DNA of 62,507 bases, the filler included, from Scyliorhinus canicula (lineage: Eukaryota), in the NCBI RefSeq assembly GCF_902713615.1. It is 6 parts of 6 records of this genome, joined end to end, with 100 filler letters (N's around TTAATTAATTAA, not from the genome) between each part and the next. Parts side by side here need not be neighbours in the genome. Positions count along the whole stretch, not along the records: positions 45,668 to 59,375 come from NC_052166.1; 5 more parts are not named here. One strand, 5' to 3'. The position numbers were made by a program, and so were the translations under genes. The notes below the pieces were generated by a model. That model made no database searches. It was not told where the DNA came from and saw only the letters and a program-made list of their open reading frames with translations. Positions 45,568 to 59,475 of the stretch are shown here, in pieces. Each line of letters opens with the position of its first letter. The first letter of the stretch is position 1.

Positions 45568-45667
45568 NNNNNNNNNNNNNNNNNNNNNNNNNNNNNNNNN
45601 NNNNNNNNNNNTTAATTAATTAANNNNNNNNNNNNNNNNNNNNNNNNNNNNNNNNNNNNNNNNNNNN
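45568..45667. other. Artificial contig linker
   Basis: N block with central TTAATTAATTAA. Confidence 0.95.
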
Positions 45668-46259
45668 TACACTCCTCTGACCTGTTGGGCAAATCATTTA
45701 AATGACCAAAGCACTTGTCTGTGATAGAATCTCCCGTAACCCTGGCAACATTCTTCCTTTGCAGATAACAAACAAATTCCTCTTCAGAGTCTCAATTCAA
45801 GCTGCCTCCAACACACATCAACCAGGGCATTCCAGACCTTAACCACTCTCTACAGAAGAATTATAATTACTTTACCTGGTATCTTATCTGTATTTAATAG
45901 GAGGGAGAAGTTAGCAGCTATATAAGGATATTTTTATGTTCGTGCAGAATCTGGGTCAATTTATCTCCACAAGGAAACACAGATGTATTTATTCACTGGA
46001 TCAGAAATCCCCTGTATCTTTAATTTCACTCGGAACTTGGAGATGCATGACATATCTCATAAGCCATTCTCAGAGCTAAGCTATTTCTTATGTAAGTCAG
46101 GTGTTTGAAAAATAAATGGTTTGCCCTTCACTGTTTATCTGTCCAAGCGATGTTCCTGTCTGCCAGTCCTATAAACTAATACTTATCTCGAAGGAACTGC
46201 CGGGTCAGGGAACAAGGCCTCTTGCTCTGCTCTGGTCTGCAGACTTCAGGTTGGTATAA

Positions 46260-46918
46260 GTTATAAGGGGTCAGGAGTGTCTATCTCTGGTAGCGATCGT
46301 TGTGAGACACTTACTTGCTGGCGCCTGCTGTCCGAACCCTCTCCTCTCTCTCCTTCAGGGTCTTCTTGGCAAAAGCTGGTCGAGGTGCTGGTCCACGGAG
46401 GAGTGCTGGTCAAAGAGAGAGGAGGGCTGGACAAAGAGAGAGGAGGGCTGGACAAGAAGACTGAACCATGTGTGTGACCTGTCTTTTTTAGGTCCCAGGG
46501 ATCCGTGCCCTTTTGGGCGGACTCCTTTACCTGCTTGGAATCGATTGGGTCTCTTCCCAATCGATATGTTTGAATCCACCCAATACTGAGACTGTTCCTT
46601 AGCTACTGGGCGGGCTGTCAGGCTCTTTGTTTTCAAACCCTGTTGTGCCTGAGTGTCTGGTATCCTTTACAATGTTGCAGTTGCTTCCCCATTTGTGTCC
46701 ATTGTACCTGGAATCATTCCATTAACATGCTAATTATCCCGGTGATTGCCTCATTAGTATGCAGAACGTTCGTTTCGGTGCTGTCTGCTTTCTTAGCAGA
46801 CAGAATCCACACCTGCTTGGTGCAGCCTGCTGGGGGTGCAAACATTGTCCATTTTATCCTGTATGCTTTGCGTTCCTCCATTTTGTATTTAGGGAAATGG
46901 CCAACTTCGGTGGCTACA
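46260..46918 (-). repeat. Possible solo LTR
   Basis: The minus strand begins TGTAGCCACC and has LTR-like composition with short internal repeats. The terminal CA and a TSD could not be confirmed. Confidence 0.35.
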
Positions 46919-46999
46919 AGGGTAGGTGGATTGGCATCGCTAAATTGCCCCTTAATTGGAAAAAATGAATTGGGTACTCTAAATTTAATTTAATGAAAT

Positions 47000-47560
47000 C
47001 CATCCAGGAATAGTCCTGTGGATATGCGATAAAAAGGAGAATTCCCTCACCCTGGGTCTCTCGAAGCCCTGGATGCATCCCACCCAAAAGCAACATAAAC
47101 CCTGACCGCTCCCCAGCCATTGGCAACAGCTTTCCAGGTCTAGAGCATGATCAGTCTAGCTCAGGGACCAGCACTGTGTTAAAGTACCCCCAAGAATTAA
47201 TCTGTGAGTATCCAAATCTGGGATCTTTGCCAGAACCCACACCTCATGAATTCCACATCATCCCAGTTTGAGGAATAGATGTTGCCCAGCACGCCGGGGA
47301 ACTTTCCAACCTCTCTCTCACCAGCACAAATCTACCTCCCGGACCAGTCACAATCTTTCCCTTTTTGCTAATCAATAGATGCCACTTCATGTCAAGCCCT
47401 GAGTGGAAGACCTCACCCACCCAGCCTTTCCTTAATCTCGTCTGATCCACCATTTTCAGCTGAGTTTCCTGTGAGAATATTAAGTCCGTCTTTAAATTCT
47501 TCAACAACACAAACATGCGTGACCTGTTAAGTTTCATTTAGTCCCGAATGTTTCAAGTCA
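47000..47560 (-). mobile_element. L1-type endonuclease fragment
   Basis: ORF 47244..47537 (KTDLIFSQETQL...WVGEVFHS) resembles the N-terminus of an APE endonuclease. Confidence 0.6.
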
Positions 47561-47869
47561 CCAACCGGGTTTGGGGCACCCTTACCTCTCAAATCAGCCA
47601 TATTTCTGTCTTAGCCAACTTCCCCAGGTTGTTGTTTCACACCCATTGGGGCCTCCATAAGGTGTCAACAGCCATTGACTCTTATATAGCTACACCCGAA
47701 CGGCACTTTCAACATCAGCCCTCCCAGTTTACCCCCTCCCCCTCAATCTAAATCAAAGAAAGAATAAATATAAAACCATATTGATATATTTGGGCAGCGG
47801 CTAAACCCGAGACACTACACGTGTAGTGTCTCCCACCCGCCCTCCTCCTCTAACCAAAAAAAAAGACTG

Positions 47870-50800
47870 CGTTGAAAAGGAGCAGCGGACATTAGATTCT
47901 CGGCAGGAGCAGTGGCGAGGGGTCTTTGTGAAGGTAAGTTTACCTCTTTAAAACTTTAAAAACTTACCTGAAGAGCGACATCACAGCAAAGCAGAGTTCT
48001 GATTGGCTAGTAAGGAAAGTGCTCCAATTAGCAGCAGCTGGGAGAAATCTAACTCTTCGTGTGTTGGTAAGTATTGTGATTGGTAAGTAAAATCTTTGTT
48101 CCTTTCACTTATTAATTATTTGATAGTACAGTTTGTAGTCAGTTAAGGTAAAGGGTAAAAATGGCAGGAGATCCCAGACCCGTGTTATGCTCCTTGTGCT
48201 CAATGTGGGAGTTTAGGGACGCGGCCGATGTCCCTGACTCCTTCATGTGCGCGAAGTGTGTCCAGCTGCAGCGCCTATTAGACTGCATGACGGCTCTGGA
48301 GCTGTGGGTGGACTAACTTTGGAGCATCCGCGATGCTGAGGAGGTCGTGGATAGCACGTTCAGTGAGTTGGTCACACCGCAGATTAGGATTGGTGAGGGA
48401 GACAGGGAATGGGTGACCAAAAGTCAGAGAAAGAGCAGGAAGGCAGTGCAGGTGTCCCCTGCGGTCATCTCCCTCCAAAACAGGTATACTGTTTTGGATA
48501 CTGTTGGGGGAGATGACTCACCAGCAGAAGGCACCGTGGCTGGCTCTGCTGCACAGAAGGGTGGGAAAAAGACTGGCGGGGATTCAATTGTAAGGGGAGT
48601 AGACAGGCGTTTCTGTGGTCGAAAAAGAGACTCCCGAATGGTATGTTGCCTCCCGGGTGCTCGGGTCAGGGATGTCTCAGATCGGCTGTAGGACATACTA
48701 AAGGGGGAGGGTGAACAGCCAGTTGTCGTGGTGCATATAGGCACCAATGATATAGGTTTAAAAAAAGGATGAGGTCCTACAATCAGAATTTAGGGAGTTA
48801 GGAGATAAGTTAAAAAGTAGGACATCAAAGGTAGTAACCTCAGGATTGCTACCAGTGCCACGGGACAGTCAGAGTAGAAATTCAAGAATAGTCAGTATGA
48901 ATACGTGGCTTGAGAGATGGTGCAGGAGGGAGGGGTTCAGATTTTTGGGACATTGGAACCGGTTCTGGGGGCGATGGGACAAACCGGATGGTCTACACCT
49001 GGGCAGGACTGGGACCAATGTCCTAGGAGGTGCTTTTGCTAACACTGTTGGGGAGGTTTTAAACTAATGTGGCAGTGGGATGGGAACCAGATTAGGAAGT
49101 TAGAGGTCAGTAAAGAAGCAGCAACTAAAGCCGGTAAGGTACAAGATAATAAACTCCATGTGACTAAGGGGCACAGTCGACAGGGAAGAGATGATGAACG
49201 CAAAGGGACAGGTGGCCTGTCCTGCTTTTGTTTTAATGTGAGGTGTAGCAGGTAAGGCAGATGAACTTAGGGCTTGGATCAGTACCTGGGAATATGATGT
49301 CATTGGTATTACTGAGACTTGGTTGAGGGAAGGGCAGGACTGGCAACTGAATATCCCAGGGTAAAAATGCTTCAGGAGGGATAGAGAGGGAGGTAGAAGG
49401 GGTGGAGGAGTTGCATTACTCGTCAGAGATGATATCACAGCTGTGATTAAGGAGGGCACGATAGAGGATTTGAGCACTGAGGCAATATGGGTGGAGCTAA
49501 GAAATAAGGGTGCAGTAACATTGTTGGGACTTTACTACAGGCCTCCCAAAAGTGAGCATGAAGTAGAGGTACAAATATGCAGACAGATTATAGAAAAATG
49601 TAGGAGCAATAGGGTGGTTGTGATGGGAGATTTTAACTTCCCCAACATCGAATGGGATTCATGTAGTGTTAGAGGCGTAGATGGAGCAGAGTTTGTCAGG
49701 AGCATCCAGGAGAGTTTTTTAGAGCAGTATGTAAATAGTCCAACTCGGGAAGGGGCCATACTGGACCTGTTATTGGGGAATGATCCCAGCCAGGTGGTTG
49801 ATGTTTCAGTCGGTGATTACTTTGGGAATAGCGATCACAATTCCGTAAGTTTTAGAATACTCATGGACAAGGACAAGAGTGGTCCGAAAGGAAGAGTGCT
49901 AAATTGGGGAAAGGCAGAGTATAACAAAATTCGGCAGGAGCTAGGGAATGTGGATTGGGAGCAGCTGTTTAAGGGTAAATCCACATTTGAAATGTGGGAG
50001 TCTTTTTAAAGAAAGGTTGATTAGTGTGCAGGACAGACATGTTCCTGTGAAAATGAGAGATAGAAATGGCAAGATTAGGGAACCATGGATGACAGGTGAA
50101 ATTGTGAGACTAGCTAAGATGAAAAAGGAAGCATATGTAAGATCGAGGCAACTCAAAACTGATGAAGCTTTAGAGGAATTTCGGGAAAGTAGGACGAATC
50201 TCAAACGCGCAATAAAAAGGGTTAAAAGGGGTCATGAAATATCTTTGGCTAACAGGGTTAAGGAAAATCCCAAAGCCTTTTATTCATATGTAAGGAGCAA
50301 GAGGGTAACTAGGGAAAGGATTGGCCCACTCAAAGACAAGAGAGGGAATTTATGCGTGGACTCGGAGGAAATGGGTGAGATTCTTAATGAGTACTCTGCA
50401 TCGGTATTCACAAAGGAGAGGGACAAGACGGATGTTGAGGCTAGGGATGGATGTTTAAATACTCTAGGTCAAGTTGTCATACAGAAAGGGGAAGTTTTGG
50501 GTATTCTAAAAGACATTAAGGTGGACAAGTCCCCAGGACCGGATGGGATCTATCCCAGGTTACTGAGGGAAGCGAGGGTCGAAATAGCTGGGGCCTTAAC
50601 AGATATCTTTGCAGCATCCTTGAGCACAGGTGAGGTCCCGGAGGACTGGAGAATTGCTAATGTTGTCCCTTTGTTTAAGAAGGGTAGCAGGGATAATCCA
50701 GGGAATTACAGACCTGTGAGCTTGACGTCAGTGGTAGGCAAACTGTTGGAGAAGATACTGAGGGATAGGATCTGTTCACATCTGGAAGAAAATAGACTTA

Positions 50801-52087
50801 TCAGTGATAGGCAGCATGGTTTTGTGCAAGGAACGTCATGTCTTACAAACCTAATAGAATTATTTGAGGAAGTGACAAAGTTAATTGATGAGGGAAGGGC
50901 TGTAGATGCCATATACATGGACTTTAGTAAGGCGTTTGATAAGTTTTCCCATGGCAGGTTGATGGCAAAAGTGAAGTCGTATGGGGTTCAGGGTGTACTA
51001 GCTAGATGGATAAAAAACTGGCTGGGCAACAGGAGACAGAGAGTAATGGTGGAAGGGAGTGTCTCAAAATGGAGAAGGGTGACTAGTGGTGTTCCACAGG
51101 GATCCGTGCTCGGACCACTGTTATTTGTGATCTACATAAATGACCTGGAGGAAGGTATAGGTGGTCTGATTAGCAAGTTTGCAGATGATACTAAGATTGG
51201 TGGAGTTGCAGATAGCGAGGAGGACTGTCAGAGAATACAATAAAATATAGATAGATTGGAGAGTTAGGCAGAGAAATGGCAGATGGAGATCAATCCAGGC
51301 AAATGCGAGGTGATGCATTTTGGAAGATCAAATTCAAGAGCGGACTATGTGGTCAATGGAAGGGTCCTGGGGAAAATTGATGTACAAAGAGATCTGGGAG
51401 TTCAGGCCCAATGTACCCTGAAGGTGGCAACGCAGGTTGATAGAGTGGTCAAGAAGGCATACAGCATGCTTGCCTTCATCGGATGGGGTATTGAGTACAA
51501 GAGTAGGCAGGTCATGTTACAGTTGTATAGTACTTTGGTTCGGCCACATTTGGAATACTGCGTGCAGTTCTGGTCGCCACATTACCAGAAGGATGTGGAT
51601 GCTTTGGAGAGGGTGCAGAGGAGGTTCACCAGGATGTTGCCTGGTATGGAGGGTGCTAGCTATGAAGAAAGGTTGAGTAGATTAGGATTGTTTTCGTTGG
51701 AAAGACGGAGGTTGAGGGGGGACCTGATTGAGGTATACAAAATTATGAGAGGTATGGACAGGGTGGATAGCAACAAGCTTTTTCCAAGAGTGGGAGTGTA
51801 AGTTACAAGGGGTCACGATTTCAAGGTGAGAGGGGGAAAGTTTAAGGGAGATGTGCGTGGAAAGTTTTTTACGCAGAGGGTGGTGGGTGCCTGGAACCAG
51901 TGGAGGTGGTAGAGGCAGGCATGATAGCATCATTTAAGAGGCATCTAGACAGGTATATGAATGGGCGGCAACAGAGGGAAGTAGACTTTGGAAAATAGGA
52001 GACAGGTTTAGATAAAGGATCTGGATCGGTGCAGACTGGGAGGGCCGATGGGCCTGTTCCTGTGCTTTAATTTTCTTTGTTCTTTGT
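47870..52087 (+). mobile_element. Near full-length CR1 LINE (inactivated)
   Basis: 5' UTR; ORF1 from ATG 48161 (C-x2-C motifs, GDSIVRG esterase); ORF2 EN + RT (ORFs 49443..50009, 49948..51243, 51283..51801; FADDTK); 3' tail ttctttgttctttgt. Several stops and frameshifts. Confidence 0.93.
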
Positions 52088-52089
52088 AT

Positions 52090-54060
52090 ATCCCCCCACT
52101 CTGCAGCCCCATTTTGTCTCCCATATCTCTTCCGTTTATGGGTGGAAGGATCGGGGAATGTAGGAATTCCTGGATGTTTGGAATATCCAAGGCTGGGAGA
52201 GGAGGATAGTGATGTGTTGGGTACTCTGGATCTGTGGAGACTGTGTTTCCCTTAGCAGTAACACATACAGGCTACCAACACTTGAAATAGTACAACACTA
52301 TTTTATTAAGCTAGGAACTGTTGAACATGCTTTCACTGTGGGTCGACACTATGTTAGATGAGACTGAAGACCTATGCCTATCCTGACCAGTCTATACTCT
52401 CAGCACATGGTGAAGATCTGTGCTGTAAACTGTGAGCTCTATCCTTCTCAGAGGCTGCATCCCGAATGAGCAGGAAAACTAGTGCCCTCTGGCTTTATAG
52501 TGAGTGTGCCCTAACTGGTGATTGGCTGCTGTGTTGTGTGTTGCTTGGTCTTGCAGTGTGTCAGTCAGTGTGTGTCTGCACCATTATATACTGATGTGTA
52601 TATTATGACAGATAGGACCACATTGGAGGGGGTAATAGGGGAGCAAGAGATAAAGGATGCGTTTGGGAAAATGCAGTCAGGAAAGGTAGCAGGGCCGGAT
52701 GAGTTTCCGGTGGAGCACTACAACAAATTTAGGGCTAAATTGGCGCCGCTGATGGTGGGGGTGTTTGAGGAGGCGATAGGGAAGTGGGTGTTGCCACAGA
52801 CTTGGGGCAGGCATCGACCTACTTGTTGCTCAAGAAGGATAAGGATCCGACCTGGGGGTGGAAGGTGGCTCGGAGTCAGAAGGTGCTGTTGCAGACAGGA
52901 TGGCAGTCAGGAGGGTTGGGTCTCCCAAATTTACTGTATTATTACTGGGCGGTGAATGTGGAGAAGGTGAGGAGCTGGTTTAAAGGGGGGAACTCCCAGT
53001 GGGTTAGAATGGAGAAGAATCTATGCAGGGGTTCGGGGTTGAGGGTGCTGGCAGCACCGCTCCCGATGACCCCGGGGAAATACTCAGAGTCTGGTGGTAG
53101 TGGCGATGCTCAAGATCTGGAGGCAGTTGCGCCAGCACTTTAGGTTGTGGGTGGGGTCAAGGGAAATGCCGATTTGAGGGAATGATAGATTTGAACCAGG
53201 GAGGTGGGATGAGAATTTAGGGAGATGGGAGGAGAGGGGAGTTAGGGTATTAAAGGATTAGTTTCTGGGAGGCCGATTTGTGAAATTGGAGGAGCTGGGG
53301 GGAGATCTTTAGGTATATACAGTCTGAAATTTTGCCAAGAAGGAGGTACAAAGCTTTCCGATTGCACCAGCCCCCACACTGTTGGAAGAGACATTGAAGG
53401 TAAGGAGATTGGAGAAAGAGGTTTGTCGGCGATTTATGGGGTTATTCTGTGAGAAGATAAGGTATCTCTGGATGGGATTAAGGCAAAGTGGTAGGAAGAG
53501 TTGGGGAAGGGCATGGAGGAGAGGTTGTGGTGTGAGGTGCTACGGAGGGTGAATGCGTGAACTTTGTGCGTGAGGTTGGGGTTAATACAGTTGAAGGTCT
53601 TTCAGGTAATCTCAAAGTTGGTGCATGTGAGACTCAAATCAGGTCCCCTAGAAGCCATATTCAGGGTGTTGGACCGGCCAGAGTTGGAAGCGGGTGCGGA
53701 GGTAGATGTCTTAGCCTTCGCCTTGCTGATTGCCCAAAAGTGGATTCATAGAATCATAGAATTTACAGTGCAGAAGGAGGCCCTTGGAAAGAGCACCCTA
53801 CCTAAGCCCACACCTCCACGCCAAGGTAACCCAGTAACACAAATTGGATGACATCGAACATTGTGGGGGAGAAGGGGTTGGAATATATAAATTAATGATG
53901 ATTCTTTTTCATGGGTGTTTTGTGTTCAAAATGCTGGGAGCTGTTTGAGGGTGGGTAGGATGAGGCATTGTTGGCTAGGGGATTGTCATTGTATTTGTTG
54001 TTATTGTTAATTATTTGTTGTTGTAATGTGAAAACGGAGGAGAATAAAAATATATTTTTT
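52090..54060 (+). mobile_element. Degenerate L1-type ORF2 fragment (host of the solo LTR)
   Basis: KMQSGKVAGPDEFPVEHY matches the L1 RT motif K(S/A)PGPDGFPVEFY. AATAAA at the 3' end. Confidence 0.7.
52210..52610 (-). repeat. Solo LTR (401 bp) with a 5-bp TSD
   Basis: TG...CA ends and TSD GATAG at 52205-52209 and 52611-52615. On the minus strand CCAAT, TATAAA and AATAAA occur in that order. Confidence 0.85.
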
Positions 54061-54769
54061 AAAAACAACACAATCCAAATCCAATCAAACATATTAATAA
54101 ATTCCCGATCCTGTGGTCCCGCAAAAACCTGCTCGCTTCTTCTGGTGTGTCCATATAGAAGTTCTGATTTTGAAACATCCACAGTCGAGCCAGATAAAGT
54201 ACCCCAAATTTCAAGCCATTCTTATGTAGGATCGCCTTGACCCTATTAAATCTGGCCTGACGCTTGGCCAGCTCCGTGCCTTAACCTGAATCGACTCGGA
54301 CCACGCCATAGCCCTCGGCTGCTTGCCTGCCTTTCCTCCCCTCTACCCCTCTCGGTAAACCTTGGGACGGTCAACTGTTCTCTCTCCCATCAATTTCTCC
54401 AGCATCTGTGCGAGCCCTCGATCCCCTCCGGCAGCCTAACTGTACAAAGGTTTTGGAGTCCTATGGTTCTCAGCCTCATCTATCTTGTCACACAACTTCT
54501 TATGACTTTCCGCCACTTAAGATAAATTCAGCTTCCAACTAGGCCAGTGGGTCCTCTTGGTTGTCCAGAGACCCCTCCATTTTGTGCAGCGACACTCCCT
54601 GGGATTCAAGCTCTTGCTTCATCCTTTCTACAGCCGCCCGGATCAGATCCGTTACCCTGGCCAGATCTTCTGAGATTTCAGTCCTCTGTTTTTTAAACTG
54701 GAGTGTAAAGAAGTTGGCCAGTTGGTTGGTTGAGTACTGCAACGGAAGTGCTGCCTCGGAGTCTGCTGC

Positions 54770-55340
54770 TATAGTTGGATTGGATTGGATTGGATTTGTT
54801 TATTGTCACGTGTACCGAGATACAGTGAAAAGTATTTTTCTGCGAGCAGCTCAACAGATCATTAAGTACATGAAAAGAAAAGGAACTAAAAGAAAATATA
54901 TAATAGGGCACCACAAGGATTGTAACTACATAAACACAGGCATCAGATGAAGCATACAGGGGTGTAGTGTTAATGAGGTCAGTTCATAAGAGGGTCATTC
55001 AGGAGTCTGGTAACAGCGGAGAAGAAACTTTTTAAGTCTGTTTGTGCGTGTTCTCAGACTTCTGTATCTCCTGCCCGATAGAAGAAGTTGGAAGAGTGAG
55101 TAAACCGGGTGGGAGGCATCTTTGATTATGCCACCCACTTTCCCCAGGCAGCGGGAGGTGTAGATGGAGTTAATGGATGGGAGGCGGGTTTGTGTAATGG
55201 ACTGGGCTGTGTTCACGACTCTCTGAAGTTTCTTACGGTCCTGGGCCGAGCAGTTGCCATACCAGGCTGTGATGCAACCCGATAGGATGCTTTCTATGGT
55301 GTATCTGTAAAAGGTGGTAAGAGTTAATGTGGACAAGTTA
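54770..55340 (-). mobile_element. Rex1/Babar-type LINE 3' fragment
   Basis: ORF 54995..55363 (FYRYTIESILSGCITAWYGNCSAQDRKKLQRVV...SGRRYRSLRTRTNRL) with a (CCAAT)n tail. Confidence 0.8.
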
Positions 55341-55675
55341 AGTGCCTTTAGCCACACTCGCAAAGGCCTCTCGGTCCACCTGTAGCTGCTTTTTTTCTGC
55401 GCTTATCTTAGTTGGGTGAGTAACGGACATACCGCGAGAAGAATGAGAAGAATCTTTCACCCCTCACTTTTTGCTGCTCAATCCTGCCTCGTAAGGCAGC
55501 CTAATCAGATCGAATTGCGCTGTCCCACGAAGGAGTCACCAAGTACGGCATGGTCGCCACCGGAAGTCGTGACCAGATAATGTTGACTGTGACAGATGAC
55601 TCACTTTGTCCAGGACAGTTGGACTAGAGGCCGCAGCCTGTTCTAGGAGGGTTGTAAATTCAAAGCCAATCTGTG

Positions 55676-56650
55676 GTACATAGAACGATACAGCGCAGTA
55701 CAGGCCCTTCGGCCCACGATGTTGCACCGACATGGGAAGTCAAAAACTAAAGGCCATCTAACTTACACTATACCATTATCATCCATATGCTTATCCAATA
55801 AACTTTTAAAAGCCCTCAATGTTGGCGAGTTCACTACTGTTGCAGGTAGGGCATTCCACGGCCTCACCACTCTGCGTAAAAAACCTACCTCTGACGTCTG
55901 TCCTATATCTATTACCCCTCAATTTAAGGCTATGTCCCCTCGTGCTAGCAACCTCCATCTGCGGGAGAAGGCTCTCACTGTCCACCCTATCTAACCCTCT
56001 GATCATTTTGTATACCTCTATTAAGTCACCTCTTAACCTTCTCTCTAACGAAAACAACCTCAAGTCCATCAGCCTTTCCTCATAAGATTTTCCCTCCATA
56101 CCAGGCAACATCCTGGTAAATCTCTCTGCACCCGTTCCAAAGCTTCCACGTCCTTCCTATAATGAGGCGACCAGAACTGTACGCAATACTCCAAATGCGG
56201 CCGTACCAGAGTTTTGTACAGCTGCAACATGACCTCACGGCTCCGGAACTCAGTCCCTCTACCAATAAAGGCCAACACACCATAGGCCTTCTTCACAACC
56301 CTATCAACCTGGGTGGCAACTTTCAGGGATCTATGTACATGCACAACGAGATCCCTCTGCTCATCCACACTGCCAAGAATTTTACCATTAGCCAAATATT
56401 CCTTATTCCTGTTATTCTTTCCAAAGTGAATCACCTCACACTTCTCTACATTAAACTCTATTTGCCACCTCTCAGCCCAGCTCTGCAGCTTATCTATGTC
56501 CCTCTGTAACCTGCAACATCCTTCCGCACTGTCTACAACTCCACCGACTTTAGTGTCGTCTGCAAATTTACTCACCCAACCTTCTGTGCCCTCCTCTAGG
56601 TCATTTATAAAAATGACAAACAGCAACGGCCCCAGAACAGATCCTTGGTA
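55676..56650 (-). mobile_element. CR1 LINE 3' fragment
   Basis: ORFs 56069..56626 (KFADDTKVGG, PHLEYCVQFWSP) and 55806..56111, with a 3' tail. Confidence 0.9.
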
Positions 56651-56764
56651 ATAATGGCTTGAATACTCTAGTCATTGAGATTCACTTTTCCTAACGACAG
56701 CACAGCCCTACCATCGTGGCGCTGAGGTGTGGTTTCAATGGGAAATCCCATTGACAAGTGGGAG

Positions 56765-57085
56765 AATAGAATCTGTTGCGCTCTCCCTCAGCATTGACCC
56801 TCCAGCAGTGCGGCGCTCCCTCAGTACTGACCCTTTGACAGTGCGGCACTCCCTCAGTATTTCAGTATTCACCCTCCGACAATGTGACACTCCCTCAGTA
56901 CTGACCCTCCGACAGTACAGTGCTACCTCAGCACTGACCATCCGTCAGTGTGACAATCCCTCAGTACTGACACTCCGACAGTGCGGCGCTCACTCTGCCT
57001 GACCCCCCGCCCCCCGACAGTGTGACACTCCCTCACTATTGACCCTCTGGCAGTGTGCGCTCCCTCAGTGCTGACCCTCTGAGAA
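56765..57085. repeat. ~33-bp minisatellite
   Basis: Unit like ctccctcagtactgaccctccgacagtgcggca, roughly 9 degenerate copies. Confidence 0.85.
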
Positions 57086-57499
57086 TAAATAGACAAATCA
57101 GTGCTGGAAACCCCAGACAGTGGATACAGTTATTATCTATTGGTTAAGATGTCTATCATAAAACAGTTTCCAAAGCTCTCCACCAGTTGGCATTGTTTCT
57201 CGCCATCTCTGGGTTTGTTGTAGATTAATCACTGCGATTAGTCAACGATCCATTATAATTTGAGCTATTTTTCTCAGCCGCACTCCTGCTACCTTCCCCA
57301 CATTCCTGTCGTGTGTCACATATTTGGGGAAATCACCTGAGTAATTCCAGCTCTCAGTCAATAAGGAAGTGGATACAAAAAATAAATAGGGCAGCACAGG
57401 GCATAATAGCAACACAGGAGCAATGAGCTCAAAATAGAAACAAAACTGTCTCTCCCTAAAGTAACAGTGGAGAGACATAATGGGCAGTGGGCCAATGGG

Positions 57500-58130
57500 T
57501 GGGAGCATAGCAGTGACTTTTTTATTCATTCAGGGGATATGGGTGTTGCTGGTTAGGCCAGCATTTATTACCATCCCTAATTTCCTATCAGAAGGTGCTG
57601 GTGAGTTGCCTTCTTGAACTGCTACAGTCCCTGAGGTGTAGGTACACCTGCTGTGCTGTTAGGGAGGGAGTTCCATGTTTCCCCAACGACAGTGAAGGTA
57701 TTCCAATGTATTTCCAAGTCAGGTGAGTGACTTGGAGGGGAACCTCCAGGTGGTGGGTACCTCCAGGTATCTTCTGCTCTTGTTCTAGATGGTAGTTGTG
57801 GGTTGGGTGTGTGTGTCCGAAGGAATCTTGGCGTGTTACTGCAGTGCATCTTGTAGATGGTACACACAGCTGCCATTGTTCGTCGGTGGTGGTAGAGAGA
57901 GAATGTCTTTTGGAAGGGGAGCAACAAAGCGGGGCTGCTTTGCCCAGGATGGTGTCGAGCTTCTTGAATGTTGGAGCCTCACTGATCCAGGCAAGTGGAG
58001 AATTTTCCATCACACTCCTAACTTGTGCCAAGTAGACAGGCTTTGGTGGGCCAGGAGGTGAGTTACTCGCCGTAGGATTCCTAGCCTTTGACCCGCCCTG
58101 GTAGCCACAGTTAATGTGGCTCGGTCCAGT
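57500..58130. mobile_element. Old LINE 3' fragment (L2/CR1-like)
   Basis: Homologous in reverse to the 23400-23640 piece (ggaactccctccctaacagcac...). ORF remnants only. Confidence 0.45.
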
Positions 58131-59375
58131 TCAGTTTTGGACGAGGTATCTCAAGGATTGTTGGATATGGGTTCAAATCCCATCACGGCAGCTGGGCGGG
58201 AATGTAAATTCAATTCATTTTAAAAATCTGAAATTAAAAGCTGGATTCTGTATTGGTGACCATCCATTAAATTCCCATCTGGTTCGCTAATGATGTTGAG
58301 GCAGGGAAATCAGCCACCCTTATCTGGTCTGATCTACATGTGAGTCCAGATATACAGCAATGTAGTTGACCCTCTGGAATGGCTGAACAAGGGACAGTTA
58401 GGGGGGGGAGACAGATATCAGCTTTACCAGTGATGCCCACATCCCAAAGTGAATAAATAAACATATTGAGAATGCGTGACAATGGGCAAAATGTCCCTTC
58501 CTATGTGGGCAGGAACAAAGAATCAAACGGGAGGCAGACAGTCAGAAACCCGCTGGTGTAAATACAGTTTGCAACTCTCCCAGTGCGTGTCAGTTATCCT
58601 AATGTCTAATCGATTGAACGCTATTTGCATTCATTTGTATCCCATGAATTTTCATTAAAACAGCTGCTCGCCAGAATCTCCTCACCTCTTCCAATTTTGC
58701 ATCACGCCAGCGGGAAACTACATCAGTATCAAACCCTTTTGAATATGGTGTTAACATGTAAGACCTCAGATCGCTCGTGACTCTGAGGTCAGTGGAACAT
58801 ACATAACCTACCTGTCGTGGAGGTACCGCTCTTGTTGTATGATGACACCTCACTGCTGGGGCTGTAGGTCGGTCAGCTCCTGCTCTTGCCAACGTTGCCA
58901 CAGGACATAATAATAATAATCTTCATTACCACAAGTAAGTTTACATTAACAGTGCAATGAAGTTTGTGGAAAGACCCTACTCACCACATTCCAACACTGT
59001 GTTGGGTACTCCGAGGGAGAATTCAGAATGTCCAATTCACCTAATAGCAAGTCTTTTGGGGCTTGTGGAATCACCCGGAGGAAACCCATGCAGAAATGGG
59101 GGAACGTGCAGGCTCCGCACAGACAGTGACCCAAGCGGGAATTGAACCTAGGACCCTGGAGCTGTGAAGCAACTGTTACGACCACTGTGCAAACCGTGTG
59201 ATTATGCTGTGCTCCTGATATAGGCTTCACTTTCAGACACTGACCAATACTGCGCCATGAGTTGAGTTGAGGAGCAGCGGGTCTTCATAGAATCATAGAA
59301 TTTACAGTTGCAGAAGGAGGCCATTAAGCCCATCGAGTTTGCACCGGCCCTTGGAAAGAGTACACCACCTAAACC

Positions 59376-59475
59376 NNNNNNNNNNNNNNNNNNNNNNNNN
59401 NNNNNNNNNNNNNNNNNNNTTAATTAATTAANNNNNNNNNNNNNNNNNNNNNNNNNNNNNNNNNNNNNNNNNNNN
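59376..59475. other. Artificial contig linker
   Basis: N block with central TTAATTAATTAA. Confidence 0.95.

Noticed and set aside
58623-58630. Octamer ATTTGCAT as an Ig V promoter (ATGCAAAT also near 35739)
   Set aside because: No leader or V exon is nearby in either orientation, and an isolated 8-mer is expected by chance.
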